A stretch of 35,228 bases of DNA from a virus, in IMG/VR virus record IMGVR_UViG_3300045988_093613. The stretch is one strand, 5' to 3'. Under the pieces are notes generated by a model. It had not been told where the DNA came from. It saw nothing but the letters and a program-made list of their open reading frames with translations, and did no database searches. Every line of letters begins with the position of its first letter. Within the stretch, counting starts at the first letter, position 1. Both the position numbers and the translations under genes were made by a program. Of this stretch, positions 24,184-32,143 are shown one piece after another.

Positions 24184-24672
24184 TTATTTCTGCTTTTGTT
24201 CAAGGAACTGGTCACGGATCCAGTCGCCGGAGGAGCCGGATGGTGCGGGCGGCTGGTTGGATTCGGAGGAGGCGAGCACCTTCGGCTTGGTCTTCTCGGC
24301 GATGTAGTCGGCGAGCGCCTTGCCGTTGGCCTGCATCTCTTCGAGCGTGGAGCCATGGAGCAGTGCGATGGGCACGCCGGTTTCCTTGGAGACCTGCGTC
24401 TTCCATTCGTTCTGCTGTTTTTCCGCCTCGTAGGCGGCGTTCTTGGCTTCAAGCTCTTTGATGTGCTTGGCGGTCTTTTCGGCTTCGGACAGTTGGGCCT
24501 CCTTGAGCTGTTGCAGTTCGTCGGCGGCTGCCTTGTTGTCCTTGGCGCGTTTCTCCCATTCGCGGGAATGGGCGACGGCCTCCCTGTATTTGGCCTCGTA
24601 ATCGATTTCGGGCGGCTTCGCTCCGTTCTCGGTCGATGCCGCCTGCTGGTTGCCGTTGGCCTCTTCGGTCAT
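24184..24672 (-). CDS. Scaffolding protein
   Basis: ATG 24672 after AGGAGG. Charged coiled-coil sequence (EWEKRAKDNKAAADELQQLKEAQLSEAEKTAKHIKELEAKNAAYEAEKQQ). Confidence 0.75.
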   Translation of the reverse strand: MTEEANGNQQAASTENGAKPPEIDYEAKYREAVAHSREWEKRAKDNKAAADELQQLKEAQLSEAEKTAKHIKELEAKNAAYEAEKQQNEWKTQVSKETGVPIALLHGSTLEEMQANGKALADYIAEKTKPKVLASSESNQPPAPSGSSGDWIRDQFLEQKQK

Positions 24673-24707
24673 GGTTCCTCCTAGTGGGTTGGGCCCGTTT
24701 CGGGCAT

Positions 24708-24731
24708 AAAAAACCACCCGTGCGGGTGGTT
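24708..24731 (-). terminator. Intrinsic terminator between the minor head and scaffold genes
   Basis: The minus strand reads AACCACCC-GCAC-GGGTGGTT followed by TTTT (6-U tract), 10 nt after the stop at 24742. Confidence 0.65.
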
Positions 24732-24741
24732 GGGGAAAATC

Positions 24742-25569
24742 TCAGTTCGAGTGCGACGGTCGTGGCACCCCGTAGCCGTCCTTGTAACGGTCGGGGTAGA
24801 GTCGGCGCATCACATAGGTGATCGTGTTCGGGTCGTTGGGATTGTCGGGATTGCCTTTTGTGGTGGCCTTTATCATCCGATAGGTGTCGTCGTCCAGGCC
24901 GCCGTTCTCGATGAGGCTACGGGCGTGCATGTATTCCGAGTACATGCGGTCGGGGTCATAGCCCTCGATGTGAGCTTGGTCCCTGTCCCATTCGGGGACT
25001 ATCTGGCAGTCGCAGTCGTCGTGAAACAGGCTGAACGAGCCTTTGGCGTATTTTGCGGTCTTCTCGCTGCGGTACACCCAGCCGCGCGAGCAGAGCATCG
25101 TGCAGAACGCGCACGTCTTCGCGCCTCTCGGCACGCGCGCGTACCGGGGTTCGGACGGGTCGTGCTCGCACAGGCGGGCGATGGTTTCGCGCCCCGAATA
25201 CATGACCCAGCGTTGCATCGCACCGACAAGATACGCCTGCATGGTCTGCGGGTCGGTCCACAGGTGGCCGGCCTGCCAGCGTATCGTCTTGTCGATGCCG
25301 TCGCCGGGAAACGAGTCGGACAGGTCGTACTCCCATGATTCGGGCACCGATTCGCCACGGACGCGCATATACCATTCGTAGGCGGCCTGTGCCGCGAGGT
25401 CGCCGTATTTGGCGACCAGTTGCGGCACGTAGTCGAGCAGCATGTCACGTTGCCATTCAGGACTGAGCTGTTGCAGCGTCCCCCACAGTTTCGCCAGATC
25501 GCGGCGCGCCAGTTCCACCGCTCTGGCTTGGCTGGCTTGCAGCTGGTCCAGTTGCCGGTTGTCCGTCAT
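24742..25569 (-). CDS. Minor head / head morphogenesis protein (SPP1 gp7 / VG15-like)
   Basis: 275 aa, following the portal gene. Cys cluster ...CAFCTMLCSRGW...HDDCDCQIVP... Confidence 0.7.
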   Translation of the reverse strand: MTDNRQLDQLQASQARAVELARRDLAKLWGTLQQLSPEWQRDMLLDYVPQLVAKYGDLAAQAAYEWYMRVRGESVPESWEYDLSDSFPGDGIDKTIRWQAGHLWTDPQTMQAYLVGAMQRWVMYSGRETIARLCEHDPSEPRYARVPRGAKTCAFCTMLCSRGWVYRSEKTAKYAKGSFSLFHDDCDCQIVPEWDRDQAHIEGYDPDRMYSEYMHARSLIENGGLDDDTYRMIKATTKGNPDNPNDPNTITYVMRRLYPDRYKDGYGVPRPSHSN

Positions 25570-26992
25570 CCTTGTTGCCTCCGTTCACGAGGGAGTCAAG
25601 CACGCTGCGGGTCTCGGCCTTGCGCTTGTCGACCAACAGGCGTGTGATGTCGGAATCCGTGTAGCCGAGCTTCTCCAGAATAACGTCGGAGTTGGCGAGC
25701 CACGGCATGGCCGTCACCTGCTTCACGATGGCATCGGAGAGCGCGGCCTGCGATGGGCGTTCGGGGTCACGCCAGTTGACCTGCAAGCGGTCGAGCTCGT
25801 CGCTGTCCTCGCTGGTGCCGTTGAGTATGGCGATGTCCCTCGCGGCCTTGCGTAGTTGCACTCCGATGGCGCGGCAGGCGTTCTTCGCCTCGATGACAAG
25901 TTCGCTTTCCGCCGCCATGATCGCTTCGGACGAGGAAGGGCCGGAATCCGTCATGACGCCGAACTGGCTGAGCGGCACGCCGGTCGCGCCGCTCATGCGT
26001 GCCGCGAGTGCGCGAAGCATGTCGGTGTGCGGCTGCATGGTCATCTGCGTGAACTGGCCGATGGCGGGTGCCTGGCCGTCCTCGTTGAGGCTGATGTTGA
26101 GCATCTTCGAGATGGTGGCTTCCCAGCCGGTCAGCTTCTTGCCGTTCTTGTCCTCGGGCGGCTCGTCCGCGCCGATGAGGTAGCGTTGCGGGCTCGAATA
26201 GAATTCGGCGCTTACCTCCATGCGCAGCATGGTGCGCACCGCCGTGTCGGTGATACTCATGACCTCGCGGCTGATGCGCGAGCGGCCAAAGGGGCGGTTC
26301 AGGTCCTGATGGTAGGGGATCAGGTAAACGGGCACATGATCCATGTACGTGTTACATGGAGCGTCCGCATGATAGCGGCCTGATTGCGTGCGGCGTATAC
26401 GAATCGTGTAGCCGGGCATGTAGAGCATGAGCTCGGAAGGCACGATGGTGTTCGCCTGCGCGTACTGGGAGCGGTCGATATCGGTTATCGACAACGCCGC
26501 CGACAGGCCGCGACGGGCGTAATCCCACAGGCCGGTCTCATAGAGCGCGCTACGGAACGACACGGACACCTTCGAGCGCAGACCGTCTTCCGGTTCCGCG
26601 CTGCGCACGTTCAGGAACGAGCATGAGTGAGTGAGCGCGCTGCGGATGGCCTGCGGCAATTCCACGTCGAAGTCGTTGTCTGAAAGAATCGAATCCAAAC
26701 CCAACGGATCGCGGCTGTCGTCGCCGACTCCGACGAAACCATCGAACACGATGCGGTCGGCCAAAGCGTCCACCGATTTCTGCGGCCAGCCCACGACCTC
26801 GCTTATCCCCGCCATGCTGTCCGGCACGGCGATGGACAGATTCTTAAGCTCGTTTCGCCCGTCGTAGTATTTGGTGCGCAACAGGTTACGTTCGAGCTTC
26901 TGGGACCATTGACGTATCATCAAATCCCACGGTTCTCGGCACTCGTCGGGCAGATTATCGACCTGCACGTTTTCAAGACTGGGAATCTGCAT
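25457..26992 (-). CDS. Portal protein
   Basis: ATG 26992 (TGATG overlap with the TerL stop). 511 aa. Call is positional. Confidence 0.85.
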   Translation of the reverse strand: MQIPSLENVQVDNLPDECREPWDLMIRQWSQKLERNLLRTKYYDGRNELKNLSIAVPDSMAGISEVVGWPQKSVDALADRIVFDGFVGVGDDSRDPLGLDSILSDNDFDVELPQAIRSALTHSCSFLNVRSAEPEDGLRSKVSVSFRSALYETGLWDYARRGLSAALSITDIDRSQYAQANTIVPSELMLYMPGYTIRIRRTQSGRYHADAPCNTYMDHVPVYLIPYHQDLNRPFGRSRISREVMSITDTAVRTMLRMEVSAEFYSSPQRYLIGADEPPEDKNGKKLTGWEATISKMLNISLNEDGQAPAIGQFTQMTMQPHTDMLRALAARMSGATGVPLSQFGVMTDSGPSSSEAIMAAESELVIEAKNACRAIGVQLRKAARDIAILNGTSEDSDELDRLQVNWRDPERPSQAALSDAIVKQVTAMPWLANSDVILEKLGYTDSDITRLLVDKRKAETRSVLDSLVNGGNKDDGQPATGPAASQPSQSGGTGAPRSGETVGDAATAQS

Positions 26993-28458
26993 CAGAATGC
27001 CACCGCCTTCGCTCTTCTTCCCGGATGACGCTTGGAAGTCTTGACGTTCCAATACGCGAGAGCCACCGCTTCCACGGGACTCACGTCGATGTTCTCCATG
27101 GACGGCTCGTAGCCGAACCCGTCGCCGATTTTCCTGTGCTTCGCATGACCCACCGCCTCGTCAAGCAGAGGCTGGCCGAAATGGGTAAGCCCATGGTCGT
27201 TCACGGCCTGTTCGAGCATCGAACAAGCGTCCGCCACGTCGGAAGGGCGCGGCACCACGATCACTCTTTTGGACACGCCCTTGTCGATGAGGCTGTTGAC
27301 CAGGGTGGGCGCTCCCACGCGCCCGTCGATGATGATGCCGATGGCGTTGCGCCACCGTTCCGCACCGTCCTTCTCGGCGGTCAGCCAGTCGGCCAGCCAG
27401 CCGGTGCCGCCGCGCATGCTGCGCGAGGCTATGACCTCCACGTGCGGCAATTCACCCGACTTGCGTGGCGGGCGCACGCACGCCACGAGGGTGACGTTCG
27501 CGCCGTCCGCGCTGAACTTGACCGCATACGAGTTGTAGCCGTCCATGCAAGGGTTGTCGGTCTTGCACTTGGCCCACTCGTCAACATCGATATCGGACAG
27601 CGCGCCGGCCTGATCGTTCCACCAGCCGAGACGTTCGCGGGCGAAACCGTCCGGCGTCATCTTCTCCGACTCGGAAACGACCACGCTCTTCAGCAGTCGG
27701 GTGCCGAGCGATGGATTGTATTGGTACCAGCGTTGCTGGTCGTGCACGTCGCCGATCTCGGTCGCCGCCCATTCGAACCAGCACAGGTTCTTCGGCGGCT
27801 TGTCACGATGCGCGTTGCGGCGCATGCGCGCGAACACCGTTCCCGGCGAGGTCGGCGGTGTCGGCGTTCCCGTGTAGATGGTCAACGGGTTGCCCGAGGG
27901 TGCCGACGAGATGGCGGGCTGTATGGCCTCCATCTGCTCGTCGGTCAGCTCCTGCGCCTCGTCGCACACCAGCACGTCCACCGTGAAACCACGGCCCGAA
28001 CTTTTCGAACGGGCGATGAACTCAATGCTGCCACCGTTCTTCAACACGATGGCCTCCTGGCCGTTCGTGGCCCGAATGTAGGTGACCAGTTCCGACAGTT
28101 CGGGGAACTTGCGCGCGTTCTCGAAGTAGTATTTCATGCGCAGGAAATGCTTGCGGCAGGTCTTCACCTCATGCGCCGTATGCAGGATCTTCATGCCGAT
28201 GATCGCGGAGAGATAAAGCTCCGTGAACTCGAGAATCGCGTTCTTGCCGTTCTGGCGCGGCACCGCGCACCCGCAATCCGACGCCGCCCATTGCAGCTTC
28301 GAATCCGTGGCGAGCCACCCCTCGAGCACGATGCGCTGCCACTTATCCGGCTTCATGTCGTAGCCGGCTGCGAGCGCGCACGCCTCGCCTCCCTCGGACT
28401 GCGCGTGCTTGGGAACCAGAGCGAAGCTAGGTTCCTGTACGCCTCTTCGCCTTGCCAC
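26992..28458 (-). CDS. terL: Terminase large subunit
   Basis: Walker A-like VPRQNGKNAI and Walker B VLVCDEAQEL. 488 aa. Confidence 0.9.
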   Translation of the reverse strand: MARRRGVQEPSFALVPKHAQSEGGEACALAAGYDMKPDKWQRIVLEGWLATDSKLQWAASDCGCAVPRQNGKNAILEFTELYLSAIIGMKILHTAHEVKTCRKHFLRMKYYFENARKFPELSELVTYIRATNGQEAIVLKNGGSIEFIARSKSSGRGFTVDVLVCDEAQELTDEQMEAIQPAISSAPSGNPLTIYTGTPTPPTSPGTVFARMRRNAHRDKPPKNLCWFEWAATEIGDVHDQQRWYQYNPSLGTRLLKSVVVSESEKMTPDGFARERLGWWNDQAGALSDIDVDEWAKCKTDNPCMDGYNSYAVKFSADGANVTLVACVRPPRKSGELPHVEVIASRSMRGGTGWLADWLTAEKDGAERWRNAIGIIIDGRVGAPTLVNSLIDKGVSKRVIVVPRPSDVADACSMLEQAVNDHGLTHFGQPLLDEAVGHAKHRKIGDGFGYEPSMENIDVSPVEAVALAYWNVKTSKRHPGRRAKAVAF

Positions 28459-28801
28459 CCTGAATCACCCTCAGCTTCCGTCGTTCGGCTATCTCATCGA
28501 GCGGCGTATGCCGCTCCTGCTTCTGGGCTTTCGCCGGCATGATCTGGCTGCGTGCGGCTGGTGTGATGCCGTAATCCTGCAGCAGCTTGTTCAGTATGGG
28601 CACGCTGGCGAAATTGCCGGAACCCCAGATGTCCGCGTGGATCAGTGCGGCGTTCATGAGGTTGTCCCAGTCGGCCTCCGTCCACGAGTCCGCTCCGGGG
28701 GTGGAAGCCAAATGCTCCCACCATCGCACGGTCGCCTCCGGCCACTCGATGCCGTCAGGCAACTGTGGCTGCGTTATCGTGGTCTTGGCCAACTGGATCA
28801 C
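28427..28801 (-). CDS. terS: Terminase small subunit (P27-like)
   Basis: 124 aa, overlaps terL. The start could instead be TTG 28792 after GAGGTG. Confidence 0.7.
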   Translation of the reverse strand: MIQLAKTTITQPQLPDGIEWPEATVRWWEHLASTPGADSWTEADWDNLMNAALIHADIWGSGNFASVPILNKLLQDYGITPAARSQIMPAKAQKQERHTPLDEIAERRKLRVIQGGKAKRRTGT

Positions 28802-28814
28802 CTCGAATCAATGT

Positions 28815-28898
28815 CTAGGAGCCGCTGGAGCGACTCGCGCGAGCGGAACCGGCGGCACGAGAGAAATCAAACTCGCCCTGCACGTATCTCGGACGCAT
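28815..28898 (-). CDS. Ser/Arg-rich micro-ORF 4 (27 aa)
   Basis: GGAGGTGG SD. MRPRYVQGEFDFSRAAGSARASRSSGS*. Confidence 0.4.
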   Translation of the reverse strand: MRPRYVQGEFDFSRAAGSARASRSSGS

Positions 28899-28921
28899 GA
28901 CAACCACCTCCATCGGGAAAA

Positions 28922-29023
28922 TCAGGAGCCTGAGGAACGCGAGCCGCCGCGAGAAAAAGCGCTGCGGATACGACCGGCCACATTACGCACCGCATTGCCG
29001 GCGCGCTGGAACAGGTTACGCAC
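28922..29023 (-). CDS. Ser/Arg-rich micro-ORF 3 (33 aa)
   Basis: GTG 29023 after GGAAAGGAGGTGG. (M)RNLFQRAGNAVRNVAGRIRSAFSRGGSRSSGS*. Confidence 0.4.
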   Translation of the reverse strand: MRNLFQRAGNAVRNVAGRIRSAFSRGGSRSSGS

Positions 29024-29069
29024 GATCCACCTCCTTTCCAGTAACGATGCGGACAAGAAAAATCGGGAT

Positions 29070-29417
29070 CTACCGTTTCCAGCCTGCACTGCGGTATCTG
29101 TTCCATTCGTCGTTGAACCGCTTGTTGAACGCCCGGTCTCGGCGTGCCTGGGCGTTCTTCCATGACTGAGAAACGCCGGCTTCAAGATCGCTGACTCCCT
29201 GTTCCTTGCGTTTCTTCATCAACGCGCGCATCTTGAGGGTATCCTGCCATAGCTTCGATATACGTTCGTCGGATAAGCCCTGTTTGCGGTATTGGGATAT
29301 TCGCTCTTTCGAGAAGCCGACGCCGGAAAGCGTTGAGCCCTTCGAGCGTGAGCGGGATGAGTTGCCGCCGCTCCCGCTGCTGGACGAGCGGGAAGCCGAA
29401 GAAGAGCCGCGTCGCAT
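29070..29417 (-). CDS. Basic protein (115 aa) with a Ser/Arg-rich N-terminus
   Basis: ATG 29417 after GGGAGG. MRRGSSSASRSSSSGSGGNSSRSRSKGSTLSGVGFSKERISQYRKQGLSDERISKLW... Confidence 0.55.
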   Translation of the reverse strand: MRRGSSSASRSSSSGSGGNSSRSRSKGSTLSGVGFSKERISQYRKQGLSDERISKLWQDTLKMRALMKKRKEQGVSDLEAGVSQSWKNAQARRDRAFNKRFNDEWNRYRSAGWKR

Positions 29418-29431
29418 GAGAACCTCCCAAT

Positions 29432-29458
29432 GAAAAAGCCGCCACATAGGGACGGCTT
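29432..29458 (-). terminator. Intrinsic terminator between micro-ORF 1 and the 115-aa gene
   Basis: The minus strand reads AAGCCGTC-CCTATGT-GGCGGCTT followed by TTTC. A T7 run lies just upstream. Confidence 0.6.
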
Positions 29459-29484
29459 GAACGAAAAAAATATTGTTTACCGGT

Positions 29485-29625
29485 TCACGATCCGCTCGAT
29501 CGCGACGCGGAACGGGACGCACTCACACGCAGGGCGGACACACCGCCACCGGATGAACCGGAAGAGCGACGCCCATACCCCGTATAGCGGATATCGTTGG
29601 TGCTCGCATAACGGACTCGCCTCAT
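29485..29625 (-). CDS. Ser/Arg-rich micro-ORF 1 (46 aa)
   Basis: ATGA-coupled to the upstream gene, SD GGGAGGTGAG. MRRVRYASTNDIRYTGYGRRSSGSSGGGVSALRVSASRSASRSSGS*. Confidence 0.45.
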   Translation of the reverse strand: MRRVRYASTNDIRYTGYGRRSSGSSGGGVSALRVSASRSASRSSGS

Positions 29626-30239
29626 AACTCACCTCCCAGCTTCCGAGCTACGGCCATACCATCGAGGTATTTATCTCCGAGTTTGCGAAGACCATACTCG
29701 GCAAGGAAAGAATCCTTGTCGTCTCGCAACGGGAACGCGATGGCGAACCAGTATTCGGAATCGGTCGGCTCCACGAGCTTCCTGGGACTGCAAGCCGAAA
29801 CCAGCGCCCTGTGCAGGGCGGCGAACTCGGCGAGACAATCCTTCTCCAGATCATCGGAGTACTTGACATCGGCGAGCGGGTCAGGCGTCTTCTCCGCGAA
29901 CCCGAGACCACCACCGAAGCCGACGCCGGCACCGAACGCCACGGCGGACGACTTGGCCGGCTTGTACGGGGCGAGTAGCTTCTCGATATCACGGTACGCA
30001 TAGATCCGGTGGTTTTCGCCGAAGCCAAACCGTTCACGCCACCGCGCCATCTCGGCGGGGGAGGGGAAACACAGGCACAGCCAGAACTCGGTGTCGGTCG
30101 CATCCACGAAACGCTTGCGCTCCGCACGGGCGCGCTCCCGGTACTCCTTCGCGTTCTCGTCCAGATTTTCCGGCACCGGCTTCACAGCCTTCTTGCCCTT
30201 GGACTTCTTGGAAAAGTCGAATCGGAAATCACCTGACAT
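29622..30239 (-). CDS. Hypothetical protein (205 aa) with an internal domain duplication
   Basis: Internal ATG 30239. The two copies are RFVDATDTEFWLCLCFPSPAEM... and KLVEPTDSEYWFAIAFPLRDDK... Confidence 0.6.
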   Translation of the reverse strand: MSGDFRFDFSKKSKGKKAVKPVPENLDENAKEYRERARAERKRFVDATDTEFWLCLCFPSPAEMARWRERFGFGENHRIYAYRDIEKLLAPYKPAKSSAVAFGAGVGFGGGLGFAEKTPDPLADVKYSDDLEKDCLAEFAALHRALVSACSPRKLVEPTDSEYWFAIAFPLRDDKDSFLAEYGLRKLGDKYLDGMAVARKLGGEL

Positions 30240-30921
30240 GATCCACCTCCAACAAGGGAAACCATTCAAGCAGCGTCGCGTAATCGTCCGGTGCCTTGTC
30301 CTTGAGCACCTTGGTGAAACGCTTGTCGATGCCATCGAAAGAACGCCCGAACCACGCATAATCACACGGCAGCTCGATATGATGCCCGCTGATGCAGTCC
30401 AGCACCTCGCCCTTGAGCCAATCCCCGATAGGAGAGACCTTCTTGAGATTGCGCCGCCAGTACCCGTACTGGACGAACGCGCCACGACGCTGAATCGAAT
30501 CGGCCGCACGCACGCCATCCGCGCACCACGTGCTCTTATCCAAGCCCACGTCGGCGCGGATGAAATCCCACATCTGCTCATACGACGGCTCAGGCAAACG
30601 CGCCGCCTCGATGTAGCGCAGACGTTCGGGAGCCTGGAACACCGCATTGTTCATCCAACGGTACAGCGACGGGTGCGGATACCTTTTGATTCGGGTCTGG
30701 AACTTCTGCTCGAAATAATCAAGCTCCTCGTCCACGAACCTCAAACCGGGCACATAGTAGAGATACGCGGGAACGACCTCGATGCCCATATCCCGCATCG
30801 CCAGCCACGCGGCTATGGAATCCTTGCCGCACGAAAACGCCAACAACACGGGCCTGCCATCAGCGGCCAGCTTCTCACGCACCGCGAGACTCGTGCCCTG
30901 ATTACGAATAACCGTGGTCAC
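30229..30921 (-). CDS. PP-loop ATPase of the PAPS-reductase-like family
   Basis: GTG 30921 (GTGA overlap, SD GGAAGGAGGTGG). PP-loop motif LLAFSCGKDSIAAW. Confidence 0.7.
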   Translation of the reverse strand: MTTVIRNQGTSLAVREKLAADGRPVLLAFSCGKDSIAAWLAMRDMGIEVVPAYLYYVPGLRFVDEELDYFEQKFQTRIKRYPHPSLYRWMNNAVFQAPERLRYIEAARLPEPSYEQMWDFIRADVGLDKSTWCADGVRAADSIQRRGAFVQYGYWRRNLKKVSPIGDWLKGEVLDCISGHHIELPCDYAWFGRSFDGIDKRFTKVLKDKAPDDYATLLEWFPLLEVDHVR

Positions 30922-31418
30922 TTCGGCCACCTCCTTCCCGTCATGCGAATAAACCGCGAATGCGAATAAAACTCGACACCGGCACGCCGGAAGCTCGCCT
31001 CCGACGACCACACGAACACATGCAGCCCATGTCCGCTGGTCGAAACCTCCGCATAGATCGCATCCGGCAGCAGCTCCATCGCCTTCGCGGGCGGACTGGT
31101 CAAATCAACATGGTCGAAATCCCAGCACGCAAGCCCATCGCCGAGCATTATGCCATAACCGTCACCGGCCTTCGAGCGCATGACCTCCGAATATGACGCC
31201 CAGGTACTTGAGTCCGTCGAACTGGCCGGCGACCCATCGCACATAATCGGACGCTTACCATCGGCCCGCACCCGACGGCGCAATGCCCTGAGCGCTTGGG
31301 GTATCTGATGTTTGCGGCTCCACGCCTTGCGGCATCTGTCCGAGCAAAACAGTCTCGGACGCCTAGGGTTAGGTGTGGGTTGGAAGAAGTGGCCGCAATT
31401 CCTACATTGGTTGACCAT
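30918..31418 (-). CDS. Small archaeo-eukaryotic-primase (AEP) prim-pol-like protein with an N-terminal Zn ribbon
   Basis: MVNQCRNCGH...FCSDRCRKAW. AEP-like motifs LACWDFDH (DxD), STSGHGLHVFV (sGxGxH) and VEFYSHSRFIRMTG. Confidence 0.55.
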   Translation of the reverse strand: MVNQCRNCGHFFQPTPNPRRPRLFCSDRCRKAWSRKHQIPQALRALRRRVRADGKRPIMCDGSPASSTDSSTWASYSEVMRSKAGDGYGIMLGDGLACWDFDHVDLTSPPAKAMELLPDAIYAEVSTSGHGLHVFVWSSEASFRRAGVEFYSHSRFIRMTGRRWPK

Positions 31419-31425
31419 AGCTATT

Positions 31426-31454
31426 ACTATAGCATATATTCCAACGATTCGCAA
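31426..31454 (-). promoter_or_regulatory. Candidate sigma-A promoter giving a leaderless mRNA for the AEP gene
   Basis: The minus strand reads TTGCGA (31454-31449), N17, TATAGT (31431-31426), then 7 nt to ATG 31418. No SD precedes that ATG. The local segment is AT-rich. Confidence 0.4.
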
Positions 31455-31671
31455 CACTAATTTCGTGACATATCAAAACTACGTAAAATCAAACGTAACA
31501 GCCTCGGAAAACAACGGGGCAAAAACATCAAAACCATGCCGGAACGGCTTCCACGGGCGCTCGCAGACACCCCAGCGGCCAAACGTACGATACTCCACGC
31601 GGGTTGCGGGGGGATGCGGGCGCTGTGTTCTGTGGGGAGCCTTGCATGGGAGGGGGAGGGGATGGCCCCGG

Positions 31672-32007
31672 TTACCATTGGCGGCTGATTGGGATGGTGT
31701 TTTGTGGTTGTTTTTTTGTGTTTTGGTGGCCTGTGGTGTTGGCGATTATTTTGTTGCTTTTTCTTTGATTGCAGAGTCTATGTGTGAGCTGGGTGTTGTC
31801 ATAGCTGGTTGGTGATCCGCCTCGGCTGTATGGGATGATCTCATCGAGTTCGCAGCTGAGTGGGTGTGGGGTTTTGAGTGTGAGGTCGATGGGTTTGCCG
31901 CAGAGTGGGCAGATTGGTATTGGCCCTTCGGCTGCGATGTGTCGGGCTTTGCATTTGCGGCGGGCTGCTCCATTCTGGTATCGGCCTGAGCCTGCCTTGT
32001 TGCCCAT
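31672..32007 (-). CDS. HNH endonuclease
   Basis: CPLCGKPIDL...ELDEIIPYSRGG...THRLCNQRKSNK. Confidence 0.85.
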   Translation of the reverse strand: MGNKAGSGRYQNGAARRKCKARHIAAEGPIPICPLCGKPIDLTLKTPHPLSCELDEIIPYSRGGSPTSYDNTQLTHRLCNQRKSNKIIANTTGHQNTKKQPQNTIPISRQW

Positions 32008-32143
32008 GGGGCTTCCCTCCTGTGTGGGGTGTCGGTGGCTTTGGCGGGGTTCGAATTCGCGGCGGCCCGGCCTGTTGGTCTGTTATGACCACGCCCTCGC
32101 AATCGCTGCGATGGCCGGTTGGTCCTCTGCGGTACGCAAGTCG

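Noticed and set aside
25457-27052. Longer track versions of the portal (start 27052), scaffold (start 24717), PAPS-like (start 31011) and AEP (start 31457) genes.
   Set aside because: The upstream extensions overlap the preceding gene or a terminator or promoter, and lack an SD. Internal starts with SDs or 1-4-nt stop/start overlaps fit the coupling pattern seen across the genome.
31618-31668. G-runs on the plus strand (GGGGGG..GGG..GGGG..GGGAGGGGGAGGGG), considered as a G-quadruplex element.
   Set aside because: The loops are long and irregular, and only three tight runs are adjacent. The same tract is explained more simply as a C-rich rut-like region on the transcribed strand. It cannot be evaluated without biophysical data.
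31672-32007. Looked for a reverse transcriptase/DGR, CRISPR-Cas, methyltransferase, restriction enzyme or classic toxin-antitoxin pair anywhere in the window.
   Set aside because: No RT (YxDD), methyltransferase (DPPY/FxGxG), Cas or recognisable TA motifs were seen in any credible frame. The only nucleases are the HNH endonuclease, the YqaJ exonuclease and the resolvase, all standard phage functions.
32044-32075. Plus-strand T-arm-like CGGGG-TTCGAAT-TCGCG followed by GCGGCCC, between the tRNA-Trp and HNH genes. Considered as a second tRNA or an att relic.
   Set aside because: The stem has a G-G mismatch. No matching 5' acceptor, D arm or anticodon arm exists, since the upstream sequence is the HNH start region. 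It could be a chance match or a fossil and cannot be supported as a gene.
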